NCBI GenBank assembly: GCA_963725875.1
Contig: CAVRZZ010000006.1
Location: forward strand, 199,531 to 263,530
DNA from: an uncultured Chloroflexia bacterium
GTDB taxonomy: Bacteria > Chloroflexota > Limnocylindria > Limnocylindrales > CSP1-4
Length of the DNA: 64,000 bases
Direction: 5' to 3'
Shown: positions 28,169-38,624 of the stretch, piece after piece
Layout of the letters: every line of letters starts with the position of its first letter
How positions within the stretch are numbered: the stretch's first letter is position 1
Position numbers and translations under genes: made by a program
Notes under the pieces: model-generated
What the model saw: only the letters and a program-made list of their open reading frames with translations
What the model was told of the DNA's origin: nothing
The model's database searches: none

Positions 28169-29793
28169 GGCAGGCGCTCCGCCGGCCGCCGCATCGGGAT
28201 CACCGTGCCGTCGCGCTCCGCGGCGCGGAGCTTGTTGGCCGCCAGGACGTACGCCTCCAGCGAGGCCTCGATGATGTTCGTCGAGAGGCCGTGGCCGGTC
28301 ACGACGTGGGCCTCCGGCCCCTCGTCGATCGAGCGCCGGCAGCGGATGAAGACGCGCCCCTGCGCATCCTCGCCCTCGGTGACGGCCTTGATCTCGTACT
28401 CCTCGAGCGTCGGCTCCCAGCCCAGCACGGGCCGGATCGCGTCGTCGACGGCGCGGTAGAGCGCGTTGACGGGCCCGTTGCCGGTCTCCGCGCCGGCGCG
28501 CTCCACGCCGTCGAGGATCACGCGGACGCTCCCCGTGGAGCGGCCGCCGTGCGACGACGTGACGCTCCAGCCTTCGAGGACGATGGAAGCCGGGATGTCG
28601 TCCGAGCGCTGCTGGACCAGCGCCAGGAGGTCCGCGTCGGTGACCTCCTTCTTGACGTCGGCCAGCGCGATCGCCTCGCGGTAGATGAGGTCGAGAGCGT
28701 CGCCCGACACCTCGTGGCCCAGGTCGTGGAGCTTCTTCTGGAGCCCCTTGCGGCCCGAGAGCTTGCCGATCGTGAGCTGGCTGCCGGCGAGGCCCACCGA
28801 CTGGGGCGTCATGATCTCGTAGGTCAGCGGGTTCTTGATGACGCCGTCCTGGTGGATCCCGCTCTCGTGGGCGAACGCGTTCGCCCCGACGACGGCCTTG
28901 TTGGGCTGGATCGCGAAGCCGGTGAGGTGGCTCACGAGCCGGCTGGCCGCCGAGATCTGCTCGGTCTGGACGCGGCTGGCGAGCTGGGGGAACTGGGTCG
29001 GCCGCGTGCGAAGGGCCATCACCACTTCCTCGAGCGAGGCGTTGCCGGCCCGCTCGCCGAGGCCGTTGATCGTCACCTCCACCTGGCGCGCGCCGGCCTG
29101 CACGGCGGCGAGCGTGTTGGCGGTGGCGAGGCCCAGGTCGTTGTGGCAGTGGACCGAGACCGTGGCGTCGCGCCCGACGAGGCCGTAGACCCGCTCCACG
29201 AGCGAGCCGAACTCGGCGGGGATCGCGTAGCCGACGGTGTCGGGGATGTTGACCGTCGACGCGCCGGCGGCGACGACCGCGCCGTAGACCTGGAGCAGGA
29301 ACTCCGGGTCGGTGCGGGACGCATCCTCGGCGGAGAACTCGATTTCGGCGTCGCGGCCCAGGTGCTCCCGCCCGTAGCGGACCCAGCGAATCGCCTCGGC
29401 GAGCGCCTCCTCGCGGGAGAGCTTGAGCTTGTGCTTGAGGTGGATGTCGGAGGTCGCGATGAAGACGTGGAGGTGGGGTCGCTCGGCGACCTTGATCGCC
29501 TCGATCGCGCGCTGCGGATCGCCGTCGCGACAGCGCGCCAGCGCCGCGACGGCGACGCCCTTGGCCTCCTTCGCGATCTGGTGGACCGCCTCCCAGTCGC
29601 CGGGCGATGCGGCCGGGAAGCCGGCCTCGATGACGTCGACCTTGAGGCGGACGAGCTGGCGGGCGACCTCCAGCTTCTCGGCGGCGGTCAGGCCGGCGCC
29701 GGGCGCCTGCTCCCCGTCGCGGAGGGTGGTGTCGAAGATGCGGACGGAGCCCGCGGGGACGAACGGGCCGGCGGGTACGGGAACCGGCGACAT
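28165..29793 (-). CDS. leuA: 2-isopropylmalate synthase
   Basis: RIFDTTLRDGEQAPG, VIEAGFPAASPGD, HCHNDLGLATAN and a C-terminal regulatory domain with GNGPVNALY. The ATG at 29793 is preferred over the track start at 29895. Confidence 0.95.
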   Translation of the reverse strand: MSPVPVPAGPFVPAGSVRIFDTTLRDGEQAPGAGLTAAEKLEVARQLVRLKVDVIEAGFPAASPGDWEAVHQIAKEAKGVAVAALARCRDGDPQRAIEAIKVAERPHLHVFIATSDIHLKHKLKLSREEALAEAIRWVRYGREHLGRDAEIEFSAEDASRTDPEFLLQVYGAVVAAGASTVNIPDTVGYAIPAEFGSLVERVYGLVGRDATVSVHCHNDLGLATANTLAAVQAGARQVEVTINGLGERAGNASLEEVVMALRTRPTQFPQLASRVQTEQISAASRLVSHLTGFAIQPNKAVVGANAFAHESGIHQDGVIKNPLTYEIMTPQSVGLAGSQLTIGKLSGRKGLQKKLHDLGHEVSGDALDLIYREAIALADVKKEVTDADLLALVQQRSDDIPASIVLEGWSVTSSHGGRSTGSVRVILDGVERAGAETGNGPVNALYRAVDDAIRPVLGWEPTLEEYEIKAVTEGEDAQGRVFIRCRRSIDEGPEAHVVTGHGLSTNIIEASLEAYVLAANKLRAAERDGTVIPMRRPAERLP

Positions 29794-29794
29794 G

Positions 29795-30850
29795 TCAGTG
29801 AGCCTTTCCTGTGCTGCTCGAGGCGGCGGCCTGGGCCTGGCCGGCGCGTACGGTGACGGGATCGAGGAACGGCATCGCGGCGCGCAGGTGGGCACCGACC
29901 TGCTCGATCTGGTGGTCGCGGTCCTGGGCCCGCAGGCGCTCGAACTCGGGGCGCCCGGCGTCGTTCTCGGCGATCCAGCGGGCGGCGAACGTGCCGTCCT
30001 GGATATCGGCGAGGACGGCGCGCATCGTGGTCCGGACGTGGTCGTCGATGATCCGGGGCCCAGACACGTAGTCGCCGTACTCGGCGGTGTCGCTGACGCT
30101 GAAACGCATGAAGTTGAGGCCGCCGCGGTACATGAGGTCCACGATCAGCTTCAGCTCGTGCATCGTCTCGAAATAGGCGAGCTCGGGCTGGTAGCCGGCC
30201 TCGACCAGCGTCTCGAAGGCCATCTTCACGAGGGCCGCCGTGCCGCCGCAGAGGACGCTCTGCTCCCCGAAGAGGTCGGTCTCGGTCTCCTCGGCGAACG
30301 TCGTCTCCAGCACGCCGGCGCGGGTGTTGCCGATGCCCCGGGCGTAGGCCAGGACCCGGGCCCGGGCGGTCCCGGTGGCATCCTGGTGGACGGCGAACAG
30401 GGCCGGCACGCCGCCGCCGCTCTCGTAAACCGAGCGGACGAGGTGGCCGGGGCCCTTCGGGGCGACCATCCCGACGTCGACGCCCTCGGGCGGGGCGATC
30501 CGCCCGAAGCGAATGTTGAAGCCGTGGGCGAACAGGACCAGCGCACCGGGCCGCAGGTTCGGGGCGATGTCGGCATCCCAGGCGGCCTTCTGGGCCGTGT
30601 CGGGGATCGCGATCATCACGACGTCGGCGCGGGCGACCGCCTCGCCGGTGTCGAACACGGGCAGGCCGGCCTCCTCGACGATCGAGCGGCTCTTCGAGGC
30701 GGGCGGCAGCCCGACGACCACGCGGACGCCCGACTCGTGCAGGTTCAGCGCGTGCGCGTGGCCCTGGCTGCCGAACCCGATGATCGCGACGGTCTGCCCG
30801 GCGAGCGCCGCCGGATCCGCGTCCTTGTCGTAGTACATCCTCGCCGTCAT
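29795..30850 (-). CDS. ilvC: Ketol-acid reductoisomerase
   Basis: [17 protein letters not shown] and [11 protein letters not shown]. Confidence 0.95.
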   Translation of the reverse strand: MTARMYYDKDADPAALAGQTVAIIGFGSQGHAHALNLHESGVRVVVGLPPASKSRSIVEEAGLPVFDTGEAVARADVVMIAIPDTAQKAAWDADIAPNLRPGALVLFAHGFNIRFGRIAPPEGVDVGMVAPKGPGHLVRSVYESGGGVPALFAVHQDATGTARARVLAYARGIGNTRAGVLETTFAEETETDLFGEQSVLCGGTAALVKMAFETLVEAGYQPELAYFETMHELKLIVDLMYRGGLNFMRFSVSDTAEYGDYVSGPRIIDDHVRTTMRAVLADIQDGTFAARWIAENDAGRPEFERLRAQDRDHQIEQVGAHLRAAMPFLDPVTVRAGQAQAAASSSTGKAH

Positions 30851-31428
30851 CGCTTCGTGGCCTCCTCGATCGACTGCGCGCCCCGCGACATGACGACGGT
30901 CCCGGTCCGCACCAGCTCCTTGATCCCGTAGCCGCGGAGGAGCGCGATCAGCGCGTCCACCTCGGACTCCGTCCCCGTCGTCTCCACGATCACCGATTCC
31001 GGCGCCATGTCCACGATGCGGGCCTTGTACATCTCCACGATGGAGATCAGCTCGCCGCGCGTGCGGTCCGTCGCCCGGACCTTCACGAGGGCCAGCTCGT
31101 GCTGGACGGTCGGCTCGTCGGTGACGTCCTGGACCTTGAGCACGTCGATGACCTTGTAGAGCTGCTTGGTGGCCTGCTCCACCAGGACGTCGTCGGCGCG
31201 CAGGGTGATCGTCATCCGGCTGATGTCGGGGTCGTCCAGGTGGCTGACGGCGAGCGACTCGATGTTGAAGTTGCGGGCGCGCATCAGGCTCGCGACGCGG
31301 TTGAGCACGCCGGGCCGGTTGTTCACGATGGCGACGAGGACGTGGCGACGCTGCTCCCCGGTGCCGGGCAGCGCGCGCGGCGGCGGCGCGGAGTGCGCCG
31401 GGGTCTTGGCGGATCCGTCCGGGCTCAT
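30847..31428 (-). CDS. ilvN: Acetolactate synthase small (regulatory) subunit
   Basis: [33 protein letters not shown] (ACT domain). ATGA overlaps at both ends. Confidence 0.92.
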   Translation of the reverse strand: MSPDGSAKTPAHSAPPPRALPGTGEQRRHVLVAIVNNRPGVLNRVASLMRARNFNIESLAVSHLDDPDISRMTITLRADDVLVEQATKQLYKVIDVLKVQDVTDEPTVQHELALVKVRATDRTRGELISIVEMYKARIVDMAPESVIVETTGTESEVDALIALLRGYGIKELVRTGTVVMSRGAQSIEEATKR

Positions 31429-33410
31429 TCGTCGGCGCCTCCCCAGGTCTCGATGAGGTCGGAGAGTCCCTTGCCGGCCGGCATGATCGGAAAGACGTTC
31501 TGCTCCTCGGCGATCTCGAACCAGACCAGGGCGGGGCCGTCGACCGTGTTGGCGGCCTCGATCGCCGGGCGCACCTCGTCGGGCGTCCGGACCTTCCACG
31601 CCGGGAAGCCGTAGGCGTCGGCCAGCTTGAGGTAGTCCGGCCCGAACATGTTGGAGGAGTGGTAGTTGCCCGAGTAAAAGATCTCCTGCCACTGCCGGAT
31701 CATGCCGAGCTTGTGATTGTCGAGGAGGGCGATCCGGACCGGGATGCGATCCTGGACCAGGGTCGCGAGCTCCTGGATCGTCATCTGGAACCCGCCGTCG
31801 CCGCAGACCGCCCAGGTCGACTTGTCGGGCCGGCCGAGGGCCGCGCCCATCGCCGCCGGCACCGCGAAGCCCATCGTCCCGAGGCCGCCGGAGGACAGGT
31901 GGCTGTGGGGCCGCCGGTAGCCTCCGTAACGGGCCACCCACATCTGGTTCTGGCCGACGTCCGCCACCAGCGTCGCGTCGTGCCCGGTGACCTCGCCGAT
32001 CTGGGTGATGACGAAGTCCGCCGACAGGAGCCCGTCGCGCCAGGCGCCGGAGCCGTGCCAGCTGACCCCCTCCGACTCCCGCCGCCACTCGGCGAGCTGG
32101 GCCAGGTAGGCCGCGCGGTCCGCGTCGTGGACCTGGTGGACGAGTGGAAGCAGGCCGCCCAGGACGCGCTTGGCGTCGCCGACCACGGGCACGTCGACGG
32201 CCACGTTCTTGCCGATCTCGGCCGGGTCGATGTCGACGTGGACGATGCGCGCATAGGGAGCGTACGTGCGCACGTTGCCCGTCACCCGGTCGTCGAAGCG
32301 CATGCCGACGGCGACCAGAAGGTCGGCCGCCTGGATCGCCCGGTTGACGTGCTTCCAGCCGTGCATGCCCATGTAGCCGTAGGCCAGGGGGTGCGTCTCG
32401 TCGATGGCCCCGATCCCGAGGAGCGTCCAGGCGACCGGGACCTGGGTCTTCTCGGCGAGGAGGCGGAGCTCCTCGGTCGCGCCGGCGATCAGGATCCCGT
32501 GACCGGCCAGGATGACCGGCCGCTTCGCCTTGGCGATCTCGGCGGCGATCAGCTTGAGCTGGCGGGGATGGCCGCCCAGCGTCGGGCGGAAGCCCGGCAG
32601 GCCGGCGACGACCTCCTCGTCCGTCGGGTGCGGCGCGTCGGTCTCCTGCTGGAGGGCGTCCTTCGTGATGTCGATGTGGACCGGGCCCGGCCGACCCGTC
32701 CGGGCGATGTAGAACGCCTCGGCGAGGACGCGGGGGAGGTCGTCGGCGTCCCGGACGAGGTAGTTGTGCTTGGTCATCGGCAGGGTGATGCCGGTGATGT
32801 CGACCTCCTGGAAGGCGTCCTTGCCGAGGAGGGCGGCCGGGACGTTGCCGGTGATCGCGACGATCGGCACCGAGTCGAGCTGGGCGGTGGCAATCCCGGT
32901 GACGAGGTTCGTCGCGGCCGGGCCGGACGTGCCCAGGCAGACGCCCACCTTTCCGGTGGCCCGGGCATAGCCGTCCGCCGCGTGCGCCGCACCCTGCTCG
33001 TGGCGCACGAGGACGTGACGCAGGTCGGGATGGTCACCCAGCACGTCGTAGAGCGGCAGGATGACGCCGCCCGGGTAGCCGAACAGGACGTCGACGCCCT
33101 GGCGGAGGATCGCCTCGACCACCACGTCGGCCCCGATGCGCGCGCGACCCTGGCGGCGCTCGGCGGCCTCCTGGCGGGTGCGGGCCCCCTCGTGGAGCAT
33201 GTCGTGCCGGGCCTTCTCCACGGCCTCGGCGGCGGCGGTCCCGGCGCCCGGCACGTGGCTCCTGCGGGTCGCACGCGCGGGGCCTGCCGCCGGGGGAGCG
33301 GCGCTGCCTTTCGCCTGGCTGCCCTTCGCCGAGTCGCCCTTGGCCGGGCCGCCCGTTGCCGCGTCCGCGCCCGGGGGACTCGAGGCCCCGTCGCCCTTCG
33401 TCATCGCCAT
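31425..33410 (-). CDS. ilvB: Acetolactate synthase large subunit (TPP enzyme)
   Basis: [11 protein letters not shown] and [16 protein letters not shown] (TPP motif). Start uncertain: the ATGs at 33410/33404 (GGGAGG upstream) give a ~90 aa low-complexity N-extension; the alternative is the ATG at 33200. Confidence 0.92.
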   Translation of the reverse strand: MAMTKGDGASSPPGADAATGGPAKGDSAKGSQAKGSAAPPAAGPARATRRSHVPGAGTAAAEAVEKARHDMLHEGARTRQEAAERRQGRARIGADVVVEAILRQGVDVLFGYPGGVILPLYDVLGDHPDLRHVLVRHEQGAAHAADGYARATGKVGVCLGTSGPAATNLVTGIATAQLDSVPIVAITGNVPAALLGKDAFQEVDITGITLPMTKHNYLVRDADDLPRVLAEAFYIARTGRPGPVHIDITKDALQQETDAPHPTDEEVVAGLPGFRPTLGGHPRQLKLIAAEIAKAKRPVILAGHGILIAGATEELRLLAEKTQVPVAWTLLGIGAIDETHPLAYGYMGMHGWKHVNRAIQAADLLVAVGMRFDDRVTGNVRTYAPYARIVHVDIDPAEIGKNVAVDVPVVGDAKRVLGGLLPLVHQVHDADRAAYLAQLAEWRRESEGVSWHGSGAWRDGLLSADFVITQIGEVTGHDATLVADVGQNQMWVARYGGYRRPHSHLSSGGLGTMGFAVPAAMGAALGRPDKSTWAVCGDGGFQMTIQELATLVQDRIPVRIALLDNHKLGMIRQWQEIFYSGNYHSSNMFGPDYLKLADAYGFPAWKVRTPDEVRPAIEAANTVDGPALVWFEIAEEQNVFPIMPAGKGLSDLIETWGGADE

Positions 33411-33475
33411 CGCCTCAGGTGACCTCCCTGGTCGTGTCCGACGCCGTCCGGTCGTCGTCGCGCACGCCATTCATG

Positions 33476-33506
33476 CAAAAGCCCCCGCCGGTTTCCCGGC
33501 GAGGGC
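33476..33506 (-). terminator. Intrinsic terminator / attenuator hairpin between the leader-like ORF and ilvB
   Basis: Minus strand gccctcgccgg-gaaa-ccggcgggggc forms an 11-bp stem with a GNRA loop, followed by cuuuug. Confidence 0.7.
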
Positions 33507-33532
33507 CCTGGTGTTCCGTTCGTTCGTCGCGC

Positions 33533-33733
33533 CTAGCGCTCCGTCCGCCGTTCCCCAGGCTCCTGCCGGGAGCCGTCAATAAGGCCCAGAAGGCCCAGAA
33601 GGGAGAGGAGAATGGACCGCAGGGATACAGGGGTGTCGGGCTCGAGCTCCTCGAGGGGGACGTTCACGCGACGGCCATCGCTCGTCACGACGACGGCGAC
33701 GGGGCGGCGGTCCTGCCCGTTCGTGAAGCGCAT
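33533..33733 (-). CDS. 66-codon leader-like ORF upstream of the ilv-leu array (Val block VAVVV; Leu/Ile block ILLSLLGLLGLI)
   Basis: AGGAG sits 8 nt before the ATG. GC3 is high in the first two thirds. The Leu/Ile block uses ATT x2 and CTT x3. The terminator follows the stop. Confidence 0.5.
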   Translation of the reverse strand: MRFTNGQDRRPVAVVVTSDGRRVNVPLEELEPDTPVSLRSILLSLLGLLGLIDGSRQEPGERRTER

Positions 33734-33942
33734 CCTGGCGGCTCCTGCGCGCGTCGCCGCGGCTGCGACGAGTGCGGGGAGTGTAGCAGGGATCGAGGTT
33801 CCGTCAAACGCCGGACCCTGGGAAGGTCATGTCCCCGACATCGGACGATCATCGGGGCGCGCACGCCGCGGGCGCGGGATCGTCCGGGCCGGGGGTCGTC
33901 CGGCACTGAACCGCGTGGGCGTTCCGGCTGTAGGGTCGTGCG

Positions 33943-35565
33943 ATGAGGTTCCTGGCGGCCATGCGAGCGGGCGACCGGCGGCGGTGGGTCCCGCGCCCGG
34001 GGCTCCGGCGGCCGTGGGTCGCGCGTCCGGCAGGCCCGGCGCGGGCGGAGCTGATCGGCCAGGCGGCAGTGCGCGGCCGTGCACACGTGGCCGGCCGGGC
34101 GCTCGTGACCGGCCCGGCGGCGGCACCCGGCTTCGCGCTGGCGCTCGGCCTCGCGCTGGCGCTGACGGTCGTCGCCTGCGGCGCCCCCGGCCCGATCCCC
34201 TCGGTCGCGCGACTGCCGGACGCCCGGACCGTGGCGGCCGCCATCACGGAGGACGGCCTGCGGGGCCGCCTCGAGGAGCTGGCCGCCGCCACCGAGGGCT
34301 CCGACCAGTACCGCGCGGTCGGCAGCGTCGCGTACGACCGCGCCGCGACCCTCGTGGAGCAGGAGCTGCGGGCGGCCGGCTGGACCGTCACCAGCGATGC
34401 GTACGACGGCGCGGCGTTCGTCGACGAGGGTGACTCTTCCCTCGCGGTTGCCGGTCGCACCTTCGGGACCGACGACCTCCGGCCGCTGATCTTCGCCCCG
34501 CCGGGCGACGTCGAGGGCCCGGTCGTCCCGATCGACCTGGTCGCGCCGGCTCGCCTCCCGGCCCCGGGCGCCACCGATCCCGGGGGCAAGGGCTGCGCCG
34601 TCACGCACTACGGCGACCTTCCCGAGAACGCGATCGTCGTCGTGCGCTCCGGGGACTGCCTGCGGCGCGACCAGGTCGTCGCCGCCCAGCAGGCGGGCGC
34701 GGCCGCCTTCGTCGCCGTCTACCCGGCGGCCCCGGCCGGCCTCGTCTACCGCCCGACGCTCATCGAGCCGCGCTTCCTCGAGATCCCCGCCGCCGGGGTC
34801 TCGCGTGCCGCGCTGGACGCCCTCGTCGAGGCGGCGGCGGCCGGCGGGACGGCTCGCCTCGTCACGCGTGCCCGCACCGTCTCGGCCCCGACGCGCTCGG
34901 TGATCGCGGAGCTCCCGGGAAGCCAGGCTGGGCCGGTGATCATGCTGGGAGCCCACCTCGACTCGGTGCTCGACGGACCGGGCATCAACGACGACGGCTC
35001 CGGCGTCGCGGCCTTGCTGGAGATTGCCCGGGCCCTCGGAGGGACACGTCCCCGGGCGACGATTCGCATGGCCTTCTGGAGCGGCGAGGAGCTCGGCCTC
35101 CACGGTTCAGTCCGGTACGCGACGGCCCTCTCGGCGGAGAGCGCGCGAGCGATCCTCGTGTACGCCAACGTGGACATGATCGCCTCGCCGAACGGGTTCG
35201 CCGGGGTCTACGACGAGGCGGGGGCGCCGGCCGGCTCTGCCGTGGCGCACGAGCTGCTGGCCGCGGCGGTGGAGCGCGCCGGGGGCACCCCGGTCGGCGT
35301 CGATCTTGGCGGCGGGTCCGACCACTACGGGTTCGACGAGGCCGGCGTCGCCACGGCGGGGGTCTTCTCGGGAGCGTCGGACCCGGTCTCCGACGAGCAG
35401 GCTGCAGCCTCGGGCGCCGTCGCCGGCCGGCCGGGCGACTCCTGCTACCACCAGCCGTGCGACGACGTCGCGAACGCGAACGTGCGCCTCGCCCGGGTGC
35501 TGGCGGCCGGCCTCGCCGACTTCGCCGTGCGCGTCGCCAACAACCCGGAGCTGCTCCGCCATTGA
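33943..35565 (+). CDS. M28-family aminopeptidase with PA domain (lipoprotein)
   Basis: Lipobox LTVVACG, MLGAHLDSV, NDDGSGVAALLE, WSGEELGLHGS, GGSDHYGF and CYHQPCD. TAGGGT lies 6 nt before the ATG. Confidence 0.88.
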   Translation: MRFLAAMRAGDRRRWVPRPGLRRPWVARPAGPARAELIGQAAVRGRAHVAGRALVTGPAAAPGFALALGLALALTVVACGAPGPIPSVARLPDARTVAAAITEDGLRGRLEELAAATEGSDQYRAVGSVAYDRAATLVEQELRAAGWTVTSDAYDGAAFVDEGDSSLAVAGRTFGTDDLRPLIFAPPGDVEGPVVPIDLVAPARLPAPGATDPGGKGCAVTHYGDLPENAIVVVRSGDCLRRDQVVAAQQAGAAAFVAVYPAAPAGLVYRPTLIEPRFLEIPAAGVSRAALDALVEAAAAGGTARLVTRARTVSAPTRSVIAELPGSQAGPVIMLGAHLDSVLDGPGINDDGSGVAALLEIARALGGTRPRATIRMAFWSGEELGLHGSVRYATALSAESARAILVYANVDMIASPNGFAGVYDEAGAPAGSAVAHELLAAAVERAGGTPVGVDLGGGSDHYGFDEAGVATAGVFSGASDPVSDEQAAASGAVAGRPGDSCYHQPCDDVANANVRLARVLAAGLADFAVRVANNPELLRH

Positions 35566-35680
35566 CCCGGGCTCGGCCGCTCCGGGGCCGCCCGCCGACG
35601 AGCCCGCGCTCGGCAGGCACCCATCCGTGCTGCTTCCGGATGGTGCCCGTGCCGCCGACCGCGTGCGCTATCCTCCGACG

Positions 35681-35914
35681 ATGCCGCGACTCCACCCGAA
35701 CCCGCCACGCCTGGTCACCGTCGGGATCGCCGTGGCGCTCCTCGTCGTCGGCACCGTCCTGGCCCTGCCCATCCCGGCTGCCGTCGGCCTGCTCGACCCG
35801 CTCACTGCGATCGTGGCCCCCTTCGGGCTGGCGCTCGACACGGCGCTCGGCTACCTCTGCCTCTTCGCCGGCAACGCGCTGCTGATCGCCGGCTCGCTGC
35901 TTCCCGGGATCTGA
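35681..35914 (+). CDS. Small membrane protein (77 aa, 2-3 TM)
   Basis: MPRLHPNPPRLVTVGIAVALLVVGTVLALPIPAAV.... TATCCT lies 6 nt before the ATG. Confidence 0.55.
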   Translation: MPRLHPNPPRLVTVGIAVALLVVGTVLALPIPAAVGLLDPLTAIVAPFGLALDTALGYLCLFAGNALLIAGSLLPGI

Positions 35915-35917
35915 CCG

Positions 35918-36091
35918 ATGAGCCGCACGAACTTCGCCCCGACCACCCTGACGATCATCATCGCCCTGGTCCTCGTTCTCGTCGGGCTGCTCTGCACGTA
36001 CGGGCCGCTCCTCACCGATACCATCGGCGTGGTGGCGTTCGTCGCAGCGGGCGTGCTGCTGTTGCTCGGGATGGTGTTCCGCCGGATCTGA
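35918..36091 (+). CDS. Small membrane protein (57 aa, 2 TM), below the ORF-track length cut-off
   Basis: My own translation: MSRTNFAPTTLTIIIALVLVLVGLLCTYGPLLTDTIGVVAFVAAGVLLLLGMVFRRI. It starts 3 nt after the previous stop. Confidence 0.45.
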   Translation: MSRTNFAPTTLTIIIALVLVLVGLLCTYGPLLTDTIGVVAFVAAGVLLLLGMVFRRI

Positions 36092-36139
36092 CCGCCGGGG
36101 CTGGCCGGCGACGGCCGGGAGCCACCCCGGCCCGCGAGC

Positions 36140-37678
36140 GTGGCGCGCGCGCGGCCTCTGCTACCCTTCGGCTTCCGATCGATCGCCCGCACCCGGAGCC
36201 GCCGCACCGTGCCCGACACCAGCCCCGTGACGCCCGCCGCCCACCCCCGCACCCTCGTCGAGAAGATCTGGGACGACCACGTCGTGACCCAGGACGAGGG
36301 CTCGCCCGCCGTCCTCGCCATCGACCTCCACCTGGTCCACGAGGTCACCTCGCCCCAGGCGTTCACGAGCCTGCGCGCCCGCGGCGTCCCGGTCCGGCGC
36401 CCGGAGCGGACCGTCGCGACCGCGGACCACTCCACCCCGACCGCCCCGCGCGGCCTCCCGATCCTCGACCAGATGGCGGCGACGCAGGTGAAGCAGCTCG
36501 AGACGAACTGCGCGGACTTCGGCATCCCGATCCACGCCTACGGCTCCGAGACACAGGGGATCGTCCACGTGATCGGGCCCGAGCTCGGGCTCACCCAGCC
36601 CGGCATGACGATCGTCTGCGGCGACAGCCACACGGCGACCCACGGCGCGTTCGGGGCGCTGGCCTTCGGGATCGGGACGAGCGAGGTCGAGATGGTCCTC
36701 GCCACGCAGACGCTCCTCCAGCGACGGCCGAAGACCTACGAGGTCCGGGTCGACGGGCGGCTCCGGCCCGGCGTCGGGGCCAAGGACGTCATCCTCGCCC
36801 TCATCGCCCGGATCGGGATCAGCGGGGGCACCGGCCACGTCTTCGAGTACCGGGGCGAGGCGATCCGCGCGCTCTCGATGGAGCAGCGGATGACGATCTG
36901 CAACATGAGCATCGAGGGCGGCGCGCGGGCCGGCCTCGTCGCCCCCGACGACACCACCTTCGCGTACGTCCACGGCCGCCGGCACGCGCCGCAGGCCGCC
37001 GCCTGGGACGCCGCGGTTGCGCGCTGGAGAACGCTCCCCACGGACGACGGCGCCGCCTTCGACACCTCGATTGCGCTCGACGCGAACACCCTCGAGCCGA
37101 TGATCACCTGGGGCACCAACCCGGGGATGGGGATCCCGGTCACGGGGCGCGTCCCGCGCCCCGAGGACGCCGCCGATCCCTCCGCCCGGCGCGCCTTCGA
37201 GCGTGCCCTCGAGTACATGGGCCTCCGGGCTGGCCAGCCGATCGCCGGCCAGCCGGTCGAGGTCGTCTTCATCGGCAGCTGCACGAACTCGCGGATCAGC
37301 GACCTGCGACTCGCCGCCTCCGCGCTCCAGGGCCGCCATGCGGCGGATGGCGTGCGCCTGATGGTCGTCCCCGGAAGCCAGCAGGTGAAGGCCCAGGCGG
37401 AGCGGGAGGGCCTCCACGAGATCTTCCGCGCCGCCGGCGCCGAGTGGCGCGAGTCGGGCTGCTCGATGTGCATCGCCATGAACGGCGACCAGCTCTCGCC
37501 CGGTCAGTACGCCGTCAGCACGAGCAACCGCAACTTCGAGGGACGCCAGGGGAAGGGCGGACGGACGCTGCTGGCGTCGCCGCTGACCGCGGCTGCGACC
37601 GCGATCGCCGGGGTCGTCACCGACCCGCGCACGCTCCCCGGGATCGAGCAGCCGGCGACCGTCGGCGGAGGGTACTGA
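36140..37678 (+). CDS. leuC: 3-isopropylmalate dehydratase large subunit
   Basis: [39 protein letters not shown] and MCIAMN. The start may be an internal GTG (about 36209/36227). Confidence 0.93.
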   Translation: MARARPLLPFGFRSIARTRSRRTVPDTSPVTPAAHPRTLVEKIWDDHVVTQDEGSPAVLAIDLHLVHEVTSPQAFTSLRARGVPVRRPERTVATADHSTPTAPRGLPILDQMAATQVKQLETNCADFGIPIHAYGSETQGIVHVIGPELGLTQPGMTIVCGDSHTATHGAFGALAFGIGTSEVEMVLATQTLLQRRPKTYEVRVDGRLRPGVGAKDVILALIARIGISGGTGHVFEYRGEAIRALSMEQRMTICNMSIEGGARAGLVAPDDTTFAYVHGRRHAPQAAAWDAAVARWRTLPTDDGAAFDTSIALDANTLEPMITWGTNPGMGIPVTGRVPRPEDAADPSARRAFERALEYMGLRAGQPIAGQPVEVVFIGSCTNSRISDLRLAASALQGRHAADGVRLMVVPGSQQVKAQAEREGLHEIFRAAGAEWRESGCSMCIAMNGDQLSPGQYAVSTSNRNFEGRQGKGGRTLLASPLTAAATAIAGVVTDPRTLPGIEQPATVGGGY

Positions 37679-37681
37679 GCC

Positions 37682-38317
37682 GTGGCCGAGCCGTTCCGCC
37701 AATTCACCAGCAAGGTCGTCCCGCTTCCCGCGGAGAACGTGGACACGGACCAGGTGGTCCCGGCACGCTACCTCAAGATCACCGACAAGGCCGACCTCGC
37801 GGACGCGCTCTTCCACGACTGGCGGTTCGAGGACGACGGGAGCCTCAAGGACCCGCCGTTCGTCCTCGACCGACCGGGGATGGCCGGCCGCCAGATCCTC
37901 CTCGTCGGCGACAACTTCGGGACCGGTTCCTCGCGCGAGCACGCGCCCTGGGCGCTGACCGCGTGGGGGATCCGGTCCGTCTTCTCGACGAGCTTCGCCG
38001 ACATCTTCCGCAACAACGCGCTCAAGAACGGCGTGCTGCCGATCGTCGTGGACCCGGCGACGCACGCCCGGCTCTTCGAGCTGGTCGCCGCGGACCCGGA
38101 CGCCCGCCTGACGGTCGACCTGGCCGAGCAGGGCGTCCTCCTGCCGGACGGGAGCACGCTCGACTTCGAGATCGATCCTTTCGCGAAGCGGATGCTCCTC
38201 GCGGGCACGGACGAGATCGGCTACGTCCTGGACAAGCTTCCCGCGATCGAGGCCTGGGAGGCCGGCCACCCGGCGCGGGTCGACACGCGCCTCGGGACGC
38301 CGCTCGCCGCCGGCTGA
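37682..38317 (+). CDS. leuD: 3-isopropylmalate dehydratase small subunit
   Basis: VPLPAENVDTDQVVPARYLK and GDNFGTGSSREHAPWAL. Confidence 0.93.
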   Translation: MAEPFRQFTSKVVPLPAENVDTDQVVPARYLKITDKADLADALFHDWRFEDDGSLKDPPFVLDRPGMAGRQILLVGDNFGTGSSREHAPWALTAWGIRSVFSTSFADIFRNNALKNGVLPIVVDPATHARLFELVAADPDARLTVDLAEQGVLLPDGSTLDFEIDPFAKRMLLAGTDEIGYVLDKLPAIEAWEAGHPARVDTRLGTPLAAG

Positions 38318-38335
38318 CACGGCGGCTCGGGCCGA

Positions 38336-38410
38336 CTCGAGGCCCGAGGCCGCGCCGCCGCTCGGGGCCCGAGGTCGCGCCGCCACTCGGGGCCCGAGGT
38401 CGCGGGCGCG
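38336..38410. repeat. Three 25-nt tandem units, each carrying the 13-bp palindrome CTCGGGGCCCGAG (first copy imperfect)
   Basis: Copies at 38336-38348, 38361-38373 and 38386-38398, directly after the leuD stop. Confidence 0.7.
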
Positions 38411-38624
38411 CGTGCGTCGGGTCGCCGACCGCGATTCACCTGGTGAGATTGATTCACAACCTCGAGATGCAACGGGACGACGGACGCGCGGATGGGCTGA
38501 CCGGCGGGCGCTGATCGGCGGGTGCGGGCAGGCTGACCGGGCGCGCGCCGACCGGCCGTCGCGCCTGCCGGATTGGGCCGTCGGACCCGTGCGGCGGCAC
38601 CGGCGCCGGAGCCACCATGGGTCG

